Assembly (NCBI GenBank): GCA_951406725.2 | Contig: OX597818.1 | Coordinates: 108,128,001 to 108,192,000 of the forward strand | Length of the DNA stretch: 64,000 nt | Direction: 5' to 3' | Origin: Octopus vulgaris | Taxonomy: Eukaryota | Shown: piece after piece, positions 24,901 through 38,199 of the stretch | Numbering within the stretch: position 1 is the stretch's first letter | Layout: every line of letters starts with the position of its first letter | Made by a program: the position numbers and the translations under genes | Notes under the pieces: generated by a model | The model's input: only the letters and a program-made list of their open reading frames with translations | What the model was told of the DNA's origin: nothing | Databases searched by the model: none

Positions 24901-27900
24901 ATTTATGCCAGATGTAAAATGGTGAGCTGACCAAACTGATGCTAGGCAAATTGCTTGGCAACATTTCATTTGTTTAAATTCTGAGTTCAAACCCCATCAA
25001 GGCCGAAGTGTGAGTTATAGAGTAAACAAGGTCATGACCTGGTTGGCTTTCTGTATTGACATATGTTTAGTTTCATTACTAATGCGCTTGCAAAAGTCAA
25101 GAACATCACAAAACCTCATTCCTAATTTCCTCCCCCACAAATCGAAGGCCTTAGATGTACCATGTTGATATAAATCTATATTTTAGTTATTAAATAACTA
25201 ACCAAGTCAACTGTTTGGTTTTTTTACAGTCAGGTGTTAACAAAGAGATTAATAATTTTATCTTTAGTGACGGGGGAAATTGTGGTTTGCATGCATTTTT
25301 GTCTTTTCTAATATAATATTCATAATTGTTTATGAGAAAGAAATATAAAAGTTTATGCAAAGTTATTAATATCAGTCATGGATAAATAGAGAAGGAAACA
25401 AATTAGAATAAAATAAGTGAAAGAGAGATGAAGGAGAGGACACTGCAAAAGGAGTGAATTCCTAATAGGTTTTGGTACATTCGAATCGGGAGAAAACAGA
25501 AATAAATCAGGGATTTTTTCTGTTGTTTATCTCTTTCTTTGCTGTTATAGCATTGGTTCAATATCATGGAAACTGTAATCTGGTGGTGAGTCTTAACAGT
25601 TCTTGCAAAACATACAAATGCTACAAACAAATTCCCATTGAACAAGAAACGAATTTCTTCACATTCTGGTTACTCATGAGAGAGTCATAGCCATTGCCAA
25701 ATCCATTTTAATTCTCTTGCTCTGAATTTACTTCTAATTAATAAATCCTTTGAACGAAGGAGGATTCTGGATGAGAATTGGTGGAAGAAAAGACAAAATG
25801 GTTTGTAGTATTTAGTTCTATCCTTACATGTTCTGAGTTCAAATTATCTCTGAGATCAAATTTGTCTTTTATCCTTTCAGACCAAGCACCAGGTAATAAT
25901 TTGAGATTGGTTCTAATCAACTAACCCCACTCTAGAATCTATGGTTCTGTGCTATTGTAGCAATTTATAAACCATTTACGGGGATCTTCATATTTGGACA
26001 TTTACAATTATTAAGTAGACTAACTTGTGGCTCTCCGCCTTTGTTTCTTTTCTCTGACTTATTTGTCTGGAAACCAATAACCATTCTCAACTTAAAAAAA
26101 GGGCAACACTAATATCTTTTTACCTCCTTTATATCTTTTAATATCTTTTTACCTCCTTGAGCCACAGCAAGAAGACTTTAGTTGGATGTGAATATATGAT
26201 ATTCAAGTCAGTTGCCAAGTAGCTTAAATTCAATTTTCTTCTTAAATTTTACTTCAGAGAAAATATTCATACCTAAGATTTCTGTAATGTCCCCAAGACT
26301 GTCGCATATGGTTTGTCAACAGCTTCAAATTCTGATGTTTGATTATTGTTGGAAAAAAAACGAATGGGTAACAGTTCTGGGTATAAAGGTTTGTGGAGGA
26401 GACACAGTTTGGATGATTAGAGGCAGGGTTGTGAGTGAATCTTGGAATGGAGTTGAAGAAGGGATGACATATAATTTGCTGGTTCAGAAGAGGAATTTTT
26501 GAAAATAACGTCAGAAGAAACAGGAGGGCAGATGCAACACATCGGTGTACATGGAAGAATAGAGTTTTGTGAGTGAAAGTCTGCTTATCATTTAGATGTC
26601 CTTATTTTGGAAACACTTTAGAATGCCTGGGTAAGTAGCAACTGCTCCATCTTGGACTTGAGAATGTTACTCAAATGAGATGCACTTAAACCTTGTATTG
26701 AGTCAACAGCTGTTCAGGGTTGTTCTAGGTTTTGCTAGAGTTTTTAGTTATGTTAAAGATATATTGTAAATGTTAAGGCCATGAAACATTGTGGGTCCTA
26801 GAATTTGTAAGATTTGTGAAAACTTTTGTTGTAAGTTATTCTTGTGTCTTGTTGTATTTCCTAAGCATTCTTAGTAATTATATTACGACATTGTTGAATG
26901 AGACTAAATTGTTACATGCATCCATTGGAGGTAATTCAGTTCATTTGGGGCGGGGGGGGGGGTTCCAAATTTGTCTGAAAGGATGTAGTGTATTTCTGAC
27001 ATGTAGTGTCTAGTTTTATAGAAATGACATTTGTATGAAAATCTCAATTGAAGAGCTAAATGGTATTTTATCAGTATGTTAGCATTTTTTTTTTATTAGA
27101 ATCAATAGTGAACGAATCATTGAGCTGATGTCTAAAATGGTTCCCAGCAGGTGTATGATTTCTTTTTATCAAGTAGCTAATATCTATTCTACAACGACAG
27201 CCACTAAATAATGGTAACATCTGGATTTTCCCCACAGTGTATTAATCCTGAACATGGCTGGTTTACTTTAATCCTCTCTAATCTGTTGACTCTAGAATTT
27301 TACTTGACTACAAGTTGTTTGGTTTGAAATTCCTGCTGTAAAATAACCTCTAAATAACAACGAAATAATGCTTTTGATAATTAAAATCACAGGTGAAATG
27401 TATACAGGTGTTAAAAAATTGGTAGAACTATTAAGGAGAAAATTAAAACGTGATGAAGTAAATGCTATGGCTGAGGTTCCATGGAGAAGGTTTGGGTTTT
27501 TGGTTGGCTAGGGATCAACTTTAGAGAGTAGTTGAAGAAATAAGGAAGTTTTATCTTATGGGTTAAGACTTATGACAAAAAGGAAATAGGCACAAGACTT
27601 GGTTCCCTCATTTATGGCTTAAAATATTTCACATGAATATAAAGCAATAAAAGGATATTTAAAAACACTGGTGCCATTCCAGATTTGTGGTGAGTTGCAG
27701 AAACTGAGAGGTGAACATGTTAGACTATTAACTTGATAGCTATAGACTTACAAAAAAAAAAGAAAAATAAATAAATAGATCATAGCATTCATGCAAACAG
27801 CAAAATGGATATAAAACAGTAAAAATCAAAAATTAAGCAAAAACAAAGCCCACAGTTTTTACAATACAAAATACGTTAAATGAAGCTAAAGAATGTAAAG

Positions 27901-29727
27901 AGAATGGCAAGTGGCACATTTTGATGTTCACTATTATCAGACTGACTTGCTGCTATGATCTCCCTTTATGTAATACATTTATCTTTGCCTGAACTTGACG
28001 ACTAATTAACAAATAATTAGTAATCAATAGTCTCATACACAATGTCAGCAGCTTACAAAAGTTTTCTTTTGAAACTCAGAAAACTGAGAAATTCTTCTCC
28101 ATTCTTGTTTGCTTTTTAACTAGAATTCAAAAATAAGATTCAATATTAAGACATGTACATTACTGACAAAAATCGATGAATCTTTTTTGAAATTATTATC
28201 TGAAGGAGATAAAAAGTTACGTATACTTTTTTGCAATGAAGCATTTTACCCTTAATATGAACTTTGAAATAATCTTTCTGTAGTCTTTGCATTTTCTTTT
28301 TATATCTTCAGATGCTTCAACAAGAAATGGCTATATTTTTTTTTAATATTTTTTTGTAATGTTATTTGTTTGGTTCATCTTTATAAAACCTATTTAAGAG
28401 TGCACAATATATTTTGTGTTGCATTCATCAAATTCCAATTATGAGATGATGTTTTATGAAATATGAGAATGCTTATACATACACACACACACACACACAC
28501 ACATACATATATATATATTCTAAAAGAGTATCAGGTTTACATAATCTTACATAATTGTTTTATTTTCTTCTTTGACAGTAATTCCTATATTTCTGAAAAT
28601 AAAGGAACAAAGATATAAAAATGCTTTTTAGTGTTTCTATAAGTAACATATCATATTTTGTTGAGCAGTTCTAAGACAAATTTCACAATTCTTTATGAGA
28701 GAGAGAAAAAAATTACATCTATAAAACTTATTAACAGCGGTATTGAATTAAGAGAAATTGGAAATACATATGTTCTCTTCTTACATGGAGAAAAATATTC
28801 TATTATATCCTGACTTAGCTGTCAACGGCCCACCCTTTAAGAAAAATATAATTTCTTGAAATATTGCTGATACAATCATATGATTTATTATTGCAGTACA
28901 ATTTCTGATTAGAAATTACAATAGTACTAGAGTCACCGGGGTTACTACTTACTCTTGTAACTCTCTGACACATTTCATTGAAGCAGTTAAAAGCTGATCT
29001 AGTCATAAACTTATCCACTCTTTCTTCCACTCTCTTCAATTGTAACTTATGAAAACGTTTCTTTCTCCATTTTTCTTATACCTTCAGCTCTCTCTCTTTC
29101 TTTCTTTTTTTTCTTTTTTTTTTCGGTTCCCCTAGATGCTTGATCAAGTGTCTAATGGATACACACATGAAAATATAAATGAAAAGTGATTTTATCTTGA
29201 CAGCCTTGCTGGATTGGTGCCAGATTAAGAACAAGTGATTTCAATCTTGTAAAATGACAATTTAATCATATTTGTGATTTGTTTCTTTGAATGTCTCACC
29301 AATGAGTAAATCATGTGACCAAAAAATTTCTTATCTTTTGTTCCTTGTTTAATTTCTTTTTGTTAGCAGCCAAAATGGCATCTGGCACCATTCTTCACAC
29401 CAACAGAGAATCACACACATAAACAGCTCCTGCTGTCTTTCAACGCTTCACCCTGAGTCATTTTAAGTTGCTGCTCACCAATTAAGTTTACCTCATCCTT
29501 TTGTGCTGCCATCTGGACATATGAAGAACACTGTTTGGAACATCATATTTCTAGATTACCAAAAGTCACTGTCATGTTATGAAGACCCTCATCTCACAGC
29601 CAAACCTTTGATTTGTAAGATGTACTCTAACATATTTAATGGAGAGAGTGAAGAGCTTTGATTAATTAACACTACACCTGTAATGGGAAGAAACAGTCAT
29701 TACCTTTAGAATTAGTTTCCATTAAGA

Positions 29728-29948
29728 AAGGCGGTGAGGCAGCAGAATCGTCGTCAGCTGAACAAAATGCCTTTGTCAGTCTTTCATGTGTCTTTATACT
29801 CACAGTTCAAATTCTGACAAGGTTGACGTTGCCTTTAATCTTTTCAGGGTCAATAAAATAAGTACCAGATACGTACTGGGGTTGATATAATAAACTTATC
29901 ACCTTACCCAGAATTTTCTGGCTTTGAACCAAAATTTGAAACTATTAT
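29728..29948 (+). mobile_element. SINE family B
   Basis: AAGGCGGTGAGGCAGCAGAATCG head plus central domain. Confidence 0.8.
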
Positions 29949-29952
29949 TATA

Positions 29953-30339
29953 AGCACAAGCATGGGTGTGTGGTAAGAAGTCTGCTTCTCAACCACATGG
30001 TTCCAGGTTCAGTTCCCCAGAGTGGCACCTTGAGCAAGTGTCTTCAACTATAGTCTTAGGCTGTCCAAAGCTGTGTGAGTAGGTTTTGTAGATGGAAACT
30101 GCTAGAAGCCCATCGTTTATATATCTATGTATGTGTGTATCTTTGTGTTTGTGTTTGTCCACACCATTGCTTGACAACTGGTATTGGTGTATTTACATCT
30201 CCATAACTTAGTGGCCGGGCAAAAGAGACTGATAGAATAACTGCCAGGCTTTAAACAATAAGTCTTTGGGTTGATTCATTTGATGACCAAAGAGTCTTCA
30301 AGGCAATGCTACAGCATGGCCACAAGTAAAAGATAAAAG
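29953..30339 (+). mobile_element. SINE family A (older copy)
   Basis: Full-length diverged match. Confidence 0.8.
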
Positions 30340-30510
30340 GCAGAGTAGACAAATTCAGAATGGAGTGAGTTTGATCTTTGGTAGGACGATGACAGACTTC
30401 CAGTGTTTGGTTGCTTGTCTTTAATTATGTTTACTCTGTTTACACCTGAGTGAGGAAATATCAAAAACAGACACTGAAAACAACCGTATTTATTCTTTCT
30501 TTCAAAACTA

Positions 30511-30739
30511 TTAAGCCTTTTGATACCAACCTGGCTGAAACCGGTTCTTGCTTTGAGTACAAATGTCTTATTTTCATAAGTTTTGAATTGAAATCTTCCA
30601 CCAAATCTTAGTCACAATTTATGTTCCTAACACTAGCTTAATGATAACTAAGTTATTTTACTAAATTCTTTGTTATATTTAAAATGAACTGAAAGAAACA
30701 CAGAGGATCTTAACAGACATACAGTAACAAAAGGGTTAA
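30511..30739. mobile_element. piggyBac-type MITE, copy 1
   Basis: TTAA-(G/C)CCTTTTGATAC ... GTAACAAAAGGG-TTAA. Confidence 0.8.
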
Positions 30740-30762
30740 AATATATAATAGAGAAACAATTC

Positions 30763-30984
30763 TTAACCCTTTTGATACCAACCCGGTTGAAACTGGCTCT
30801 GTGGTAAAATGTCTTGTTTTCATAAGTTTTGAATTAAAATTTTCCACCAACAGTTAGTCACAATTTTTGTTCCTAACACTAGCTTAATGATAACTAGGTT
30901 ATTTTACTAAATTCTTTGGTATATTTAACGTAATTGAAGGAAACACAGAACATCTGAAAATAAATAGAGTAGCAGAAGGGTTAA
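30763..30984. mobile_element. piggyBac-type MITE, copy 2
   Basis: TTAA-CCCTTTTGATAC ... GTAGCAGAAGGG-TTAA; highly similar to copy 1. Confidence 0.8.
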
Positions 30985-31750
30985 AGCACAGGTTGGGTAA
31001 ATTTCTTCCTCAACAGAACAGCAATGCAATGGTAGCTTAATTTAGAGAGAAAGACAAACTTAAAGAGCAGGCTTTTAGAGTGAGAGGAAATTTATTTGGA
31101 TATTCAGAGTTTAATTCTAGTCTCAGACACAAAAAGTTATCTTCTATGAGTTATACTGCAATTAACCAGTATTATCAATATGTTTGTTATTATAAATGTA
31201 AATTTGCTGCTTCATTAACATTTTATAATAATCTTAAATTTAATGCTCATAAAAGTTAAAAGATTCAAATTTATAGAATCTTCAGAAAAAAAAAAACCCA
31301 ACAAAAATAAACAAACAGAAAAGAAAGAAAATAAGAAGATAACTGAGCACTATCTTTCAGCATAGAGGAAGGTAAAACAGAATATGCTAAACATATATGC
31401 AGACACACTCACAGAACGCTTCACAAATTAAATATATTTTCATATAAAACTTCTTAAACATTTTCACATTTGTTTTATTCATTTGTCGGTTTTTATTTAA
31501 AAGATTTGGAATAATTTATTGATCTGAGTCATTGAATTCTCATAATCATTAATTTTGAAGTTATTTTATAACTTAAATATTAATATATATTTCTTTCATT
31601 GTAACTCATATGTTAACATTACTCTTAAATTACAGTAAAACAATCAGATAATCTACAGTAATCATACTGAATTGAATTAAAGGGTTAAGCTTCATTCCAT
31701 TTGAGAAAAACTTACACTGTTAGTAATAAGTGAGTGACTTACTAATAGAT

Positions 31751-31855
31751 AATACAGTTCTATATTTAAGTGATGAAGAATTATGTACATTATTGGGGGA
31801 ATTTCAAACCTGGGTTCTCATTCCTAAGGTATTTTTCAATGTTATTTTGTTATTA

Positions 31856-31907
<52 letters not shown>

Positions 31908-32142
31908 GATTATTATTATTATGATTATTATTATTATTATTGTTGTTGTTGTTATTATTATTATTCAGGTCACTGTCTGGAATCGAACTCAGAATCTTGG
32001 GGTTAGTAGCCCATGCTCTTAACCACTACGCCATACACCCAAGACACCTGATGAAGGCTGGAGGGTATATCAGCCGAAATGTTGTGTTAGCAACAAACAA
32101 GACGTGGACAAATATCCAGCAAATGTAAATAATGTAAATAAG
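31751..32142. mobile_element. tRNA-headed, hammerhead-bearing SINE-like insertion with internal inversion
   Basis: tRNA-like head on minus (32040-31965), HHR on plus (32043-32088), candidate TSD TACTAATAGAT at 31740-31750 and 32143-32153. Confidence 0.6.
32043..32088 (+). ncRNA. Minimal type I hammerhead ribozyme
   Basis: gacac CTGATGA A GGCTG gagggtatat CAGCC GAAA T GTT gtgtt; stems I and II pair. Confidence 0.75.
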
Positions 32143-32339
32143 TACTAATAGATGTCCTATTTAAAAATCAGTTTCGTATCAAGTAATTAGTGAAAAGTAG
32201 TATCGTTGGTTACAGGTTTTTGATGGAACTCAGTTCAGCATCTTTCTGATAGTGAGTGTGGTACAACAAACATGAAATAAATACTACAATATATTTTAAT
32301 TCAAAATTACTGTTTTGTCAGTTGATGCATGCATGTATG

Positions 32340-33232
32340 TATGCCGAGGAACCCAAAAGAAACCAGAATTTTGAAATATTCTTTTATTCACCTAGTTTTA
32401 CATGTTTACACTTTTATTGCCATTTGAAGCAATGCATCTGCCCAGATGGGTTTTCCGCTGTTCGAAGCAGTTCTGAAATTCTTGCAAAATGATGCCTTTC
32501 AACACTTGCATGGTTTTTCTTCACCTCTTCCACATCTGCAAATTCCATAGTCCCAGCTATTATCATCAGAGATGACCTTCGAAAATATGTCTGGATTAAC
32601 TTCCAACTGTTCTTTCATTTCAAAACACACATTCAGTCATGGCTACTTTTTGATCTTCCATAAGCAGGCAACGTACAAATTTTGCTGCAATTTTTTTCAT
32701 TCGCAATTCCTCATTCAAAATATATTGGCAGAACTCCAGGACACACCAGTCATAGCAACAAGTTTGTCAATTGTTCGGTGAGAATCGTCCAAGATCATTT
32801 CATGAATTTTCGTTATGTTTTCATTTGTCCAGGAGGTCGACGGTCACTCTGGATGACGTTGACCTACAAGCAGCAAGTAAGCCTTCTTAAAGAATGAAAA
32901 CCACCCGAAAATCTTTTGTTTTGCTCATGACAGTGTACTTGTAAGCTGTTTGAAGCAGGAAAACTGTTTCGGCTGCAGTTTTCGCCAGTAAAAAACAGAA
33001 TTTCATGGAAGCACATTGTTCCTTCATTTCAGCCATCACAAAAATCAATGAAATGGGGAGAAGCACAACAAAACAAAGACATACCACATGGAAGTATGAC
33101 TTCACCCGACAGCATTGGTTGGCAGATTAATGCCTGAGGGTTGCATCAAGTAGCTTCTAGTGGCAGAAGCCTGAACTACAATGGGCTTGTCCCACAGAGA
33201 ATGTTCCAATTACTTTTGGCTACCTCCTCGTA
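32340..33232 (-). mobile_element. Internally deleted mariner
   Basis: MKEQCASMKFCFLLAKTAAETV..L..AY N-terminal HTH; imperfect TIRs (TACGAGGAGG..CCAAAAGTAA). Confidence 0.75.
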
Positions 33233-33494
33233 TGTTCTGTTCTATTTTAAATTATTTGGAGTTTTCCTCTAAGAAAGAAGCTGGCTTCTAACAACAAAAC
33301 TACACCAAATGTCACACTTTGAAGTTGAGGAAAGTCTTGCATATTTTTAGTGTTCCACTTGATCGTTGTATTTGTATCTAAGCTATAGATGACTTTTTCT
33401 AAATTATCTCAGTTTTCCCAGACTGTTATTTAGGTATTTACTAACAAAACCAAGTGCACCAATTACGTGTATGTGTACGTGTGTGTGTGTGATA

Positions 33495-33812
33495 AAGACT
33501 ACCTTCAATTACAAATGACCATAGGATTGCACCTAGAAAGTTCCCCTCCAAGGCACAAGTCCAGGCAAGGTTGTTTGTGGAAGACCAGCAGTTGCCCATG
33601 CATACCAGCTTCCTGTCTCCAAGCCACTGATGTTACCCAAGGGAAAGGCAAACACTGAGACAGCTTGGCACCAATGGTGTTGTAACTCATTTCTACAGCT
33701 GAGAGTGAACTGAAGCAACGTGAAATAAAGTATCTTGCTCAAGAACATAACACAGCCAGGTTCAGAAATCAAACTCACAGCTTCATGATTCTAACCACTA
33801 AGCTATGTACCA
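33495..33812 (-). mobile_element. tRNA-derived SINE, family D
   Basis: Similar to 46787-47141. Confidence 0.8.
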
Positions 33813-33821
33813 CACACAAAC

Positions 33822-33857
<36 letters not shown>

Positions 33858-34081
33858 GCACTCACACACACACACGCACACACAAACACACTCACACACA
33901 CACACACACATATTTATGCGAATGGTTTTGTTAAGAGTGTTTAGTTTTACAATTCTATAAATAATAATTACAGGAAAGCCAACTTTTATCGGTCAAGGGC
34001 TTATATGGTCCCCTTATTAGGCTATTTTCCTTAGTCATTTGCACAGTGATCACTATAAGCTGTAAGCTTATAAAAAAATAC

Positions 34082-34110
<29 letters not shown>

Positions 34111-34115
<5 letters not shown>

Positions 34116-35440
34116 GGTCATCCCATATATATAATGCGTTTTTTTATACTTCTTTTATTTTTCAAAATTAATTTTTTTTTAATATAAAATATTCTCTCCT
34201 TCATTTCCTACAATGCTTTTCCATCTATCAGGTGGACTTGCAAGGCCTCTCTTCCAAAATTCACTTGTCCATGACAAAAAATTCTCCTCCAGTTCTGTTC
34301 TGACCTCGTCTACAGAATTCATATTTTTTCTGTCCAAATAATTTTGAAGACTGCAGAATAAATGATAATCAGATCGGGCAATGTCCGGCAAATAAGATGT
34401 GTGGGGCATCGTTTCCCATTCAAACTGCTCCAGTCTTTGGAATGTCATCCTTACTGTATGTAGCTGAGCATTATCCTAATAGAAAAATACCTTTCATCTT
34501 GAAACCAAAGATGGTCGTTTTTCTTCTAGCGCTGACTTAAGCTGCTCAAGTTGCTTGCAATAAATCTCCTTTGTTATCATTTAGTTTGGCTATAAAAGTT
34601 CAAAGTGGACTAAACCTTTCATATTCCACCAAACAGACAACAACAGCTTATGTATGTAAAGACCTTTAGCCTGGGGTGCCAGTGTTTCTACTTTCTCTAT
34701 CCACTGTATTCAGTACTTGACATTTTTTATAGAGAACCTATTTCTCATCACTAGTCACTATTCAGTCCAAAAAAGATTCATTCATGAGATGCGACAGCAA
34801 AGATGAGCACACATTCTCTCTCTCTGTGCGATTAGATCCAGAAAGTTTGTGAGGAACCCATTGACCCAATTTGCTGACTTTTCCGATGACACGCAGGTGT
34901 CAATGAATAGTTGAATGACCAAGCTTCTCTGCTAGTTCCTCAACAGTTACGATAGAATTTTGTTCCACTAGGGCTTGCAGGACGCCCTCTTCAAGCTCTA
35001 CAGATCTTCCAGGACAACGCTCGTTGAGCTCTACAGATCTTCCAGGACAACGCTCGTTGAGCTCTACAGATCTTCCAGGACGAAGCTCGTCTTCAAGGCC
35101 TTAGTTTCTGGCTTGGAATTTCTGGAACCACCGTTGACACTGGCTTACACTAATTCTCCAATCCTCATACACTGTATTAATAGCCTTCACACTTTCTCTT
35201 ACATTGTTCCTTTAATCGACCTCCTCAAGCTAAATATGCTGAATATGCTCCTTAGTCATTTCTATTATAGCTTTGAAAATATAACTCTTAAAATCGAACT
35301 GCACTCTTCAAAACTTGCACTAAGAATAAGGACATGGTAAATTTACTACCTGCTTTTATGGCAAGTTGATGCAGGTAATTTATCCCATCCCCACCCACCC
35401 CCGACTATTAGTTCATGCAATTAAAAAAAACCCACATTAA
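34111..35440 (-). mobile_element. Mariner pseudo-transposon, near full length
   Basis: TIR TATTGGGTCATCCCATA; PHTSYLPDIARSDYHLF (YSPDLAPSDYHLF motif); many stops. Confidence 0.85.
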
Positions 35441-35461
35441 ATGCATGTATGTATATGTATA

Positions 35462-35499
<38 letters not shown>

Positions 35500-36445
35500 C
35501 ATACACACACATACATATCTAACTGTGTTCAAACTGTCTCTGCACAGGGACCACCCAGGATCCCTCCTTTGCTATGAACAAGAATGAATCTTCTCTCTTT
35601 GTCATTTGAGCTATAAAGTCTCAACTCATTATTCACTTCACGCACCATTACACACACACCCTTAAACACCTTCCCACTCCACACACTAGCATCAACCACC
35701 TCTCAGCACCTACGCCACACACCATTATCCACACACCCACACACAATCGTCAATACCATCACCACACATACCACTATACAAGCTGCCACACACACACTGT
35801 CTAACTCAGTACACACACCACACACCATCATGCACTCTCCCACACCCACACAAGCACAAAATACCTGAATACAGACAATATATACACACACATGCAACAT
35901 GCATAGACAAAGATAACTTTCACCCACAAACATACACAATACACATGCACACTATTTCATCACAGACACACACACACACATACACATGTGCACAGGCCAC
36001 CTGAACATGCACACAACTGCTACACACAACATACACACACACACACACACACACACATTAGACTCACTCTCCCCATTCACACATACCATTCTCACATACA
36101 CACACCATTCTCTCTTCTTCTCTCTTCCTCTTCCTCCTTTACTCTCTCACTGCTGACACGTGACCATCATCCACCTTTCTTTTCCTCACACTGTCATCTT
36201 TCTTTTCTTTTGGTCTGTGTCACAGAGCAGATGCATTCTTGCCTGTCGCCTCTCCTATCTTTTCTCCTGTCAAAGATTGGTTCTTTATGTTACTTGTCTT
36301 ATTTTTCATTTGTTTCTTTCATTGTTTGCATACATATGTTTGTCTTCGTATTTCATGTTGTTTACATTTTATGACGTCCTGTACCCATATATGCATGTAT
36401 ATATACCTATATATGTAAGTATGTAGTATATGTATGTATATATGC

Positions 36446-36489
<44 letters not shown>

Positions 36490-36491
<2 letters not shown>

Positions 36492-36603
36492 CCAGATTTG
36501 ACTGGGCCTGATGAAGCCTTCTGGCTTCACAGACCCCAGTAGAACCGTCCAACCCATGCTAGCATGGAAAACGGACGCTAAACGATGATGATGATGATGA
36601 TGA
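36490..36603 (+). mobile_element. SINE family C 3' fragment
   Basis: ...CCAACCCATGCTAGCATGGAAAACGGACGCTAAAC(GAT)n. Confidence 0.75.
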
Positions 36604-36679
36604 TATATATTATTAATATTATTACATATATATATATATGTATGTATATATATCTTTATATATATATATATATATATAT

Positions 36680-36734
<55 letters not shown>

Positions 36735-36810
36735 TAATATGTGACCGTGTGTGTACCGTTGGCGATTTTTTTCCTCTGTCTTCCCTTCCTTGGACCTTTC
36801 CTTTTCCTAT

Positions 36811-36845
36811 GTTTCTGATGAAGAGCTCCACTCGAAACGTTAAAT
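36811..36845 (+). ncRNA. Minimal hammerhead (family 2 element 36735-36950)
   Basis: gttt CTGATGA A GAGC tcc ACTC GAAA C GTT aaat; canonical core. Confidence 0.65.
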
Positions 36846-36952
36846 CCTCCTTCGTTCTTTCCTTTCCTGAGCATCAAATAACACTATACATGTCCCACGT
36901 CCTCGCGTTGTTGTGTTTTCTCTTTGTCTTTTCATGTTTGGATTAACTATAC

Positions 36953-36996
<44 letters not shown>

Positions 36997-38199
36997 TATA
37001 TATAGATATATATGTATCAGATGGGCTTCCACCGTATATAACGGTCAACAATTTCTCTTTCACATAGAAGACATAAAGACATTGGTCAATTGAAAGATAC
37101 TTAACAGACATTTGCCAAATGCTTCATTCAGTTGCATTAAACCAGTGCAACATTGTTGTGCAGCAAACTTTGTTCATCACAATCATACTCCCCACCCCTC
37201 ATGTGGTTGCATTGAAATAGTTATCTCTAAATTCATATTTTCTATAAATCAAATCTTTTCACTAATTGGTTAATTAATCACAATTAACATCTCCACACAT
37301 AAAATATACATTAAAAAAAAAAAAAGAAGCATCTCATTTGCTACTTAATTTGTTGGTGTTCTTATAAGGATCATTGGATACTTAGTTGCGTTTTTCTAAA
37401 ACAATTTTCGCAATTCTTTGTAGGAATAGAGAGAAAAAATTTATATCTATAAACTTGTTAAGATTTACATTGAATTAAGAGAAATCAGATTTATAATTCG
37501 TTTTGTATGAAGTGATGTTGAGTAATGCCTGCAAGGGAACCCCTAAAATGTTAACAGCATTTTCTGTAATAGCAAGATGCAAAAAATTTAATAATAAATA
37601 CAATGTCTTGTTTGTTGGTTTAAACAACGAGAGTAAATTTTTAAACTGCTATGTTTAATGTAGAATAGCTTTTCTTTCGTTTTCCTCTTCTATGCATGAA
37701 GTTTGTGAGATTGTACAAATATCATGCTGAGATAGGAAAATGTAGATTGGAGTAAAATAAATAATGTTAAATCAGATTAAAACAAAGCAGGAATATATTT
37801 CAGAGTTGAGGTATGAAATGGAGTGAATGTGCCAGATTATATTAGATTGCAAATTCTAAAGAAAAAAAAACAACAACCAAGAGAATTGAAGTCGTTATCT
37901 AAGTGTTTAATGACACGTTTACTTTAGAATACTATCAATGTCATCAGTTTTAACATTTTCAATTTATTCTAAGCTATAAGAAATTATGCTATTGAAAATC
38001 TTAAAGAAACTGTCTTTGAAATATTTAAACATAGAAAAGAAAAATACTAGATTGTCATCTAGTTAAGTACAGGCTATCATACTTGAGCCAGAAATAACTT
38101 TTAATTACTTGAAATTATAAACGTAATAAGAAAAGTCATTATCCTAATTAAATTCATTTTCGGATTCGGCAAGAGAGAAATATCACAATCAGCATTAAG

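Noticed and set aside
26110-26158. Short direct duplication TAATATCTTTTTACCTCCTT
   Set aside because: Ordinary local slippage duplication
26200-27600. Possible PLE remnant on the minus strand (THNP and C..PRC-like fragments)
   Set aside because: Too eroded to support by eye
28670-28765. ~100-bp similarity to 37400-37490
   Set aside because: Probably an old dispersed repeat fragment; no termini or structure identifiable
28815-29039. 74-aa ORF as a host exon
   Set aside because: No recognisable domain or convincing splice context
31965-32040. Functional tRNA gene (ACT anticodon)
   Set aside because: Acceptor stem is poor and it runs into a repeat body; treated as a SINE head. The same applies to the head at 7330-7406
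36508-36530. CTGATGA-AGCC-TTCT-GGCT hammerhead-like start
   Set aside because: No GAAA core; it is a mutated CTGGTGCAGCC segment of SINE family C
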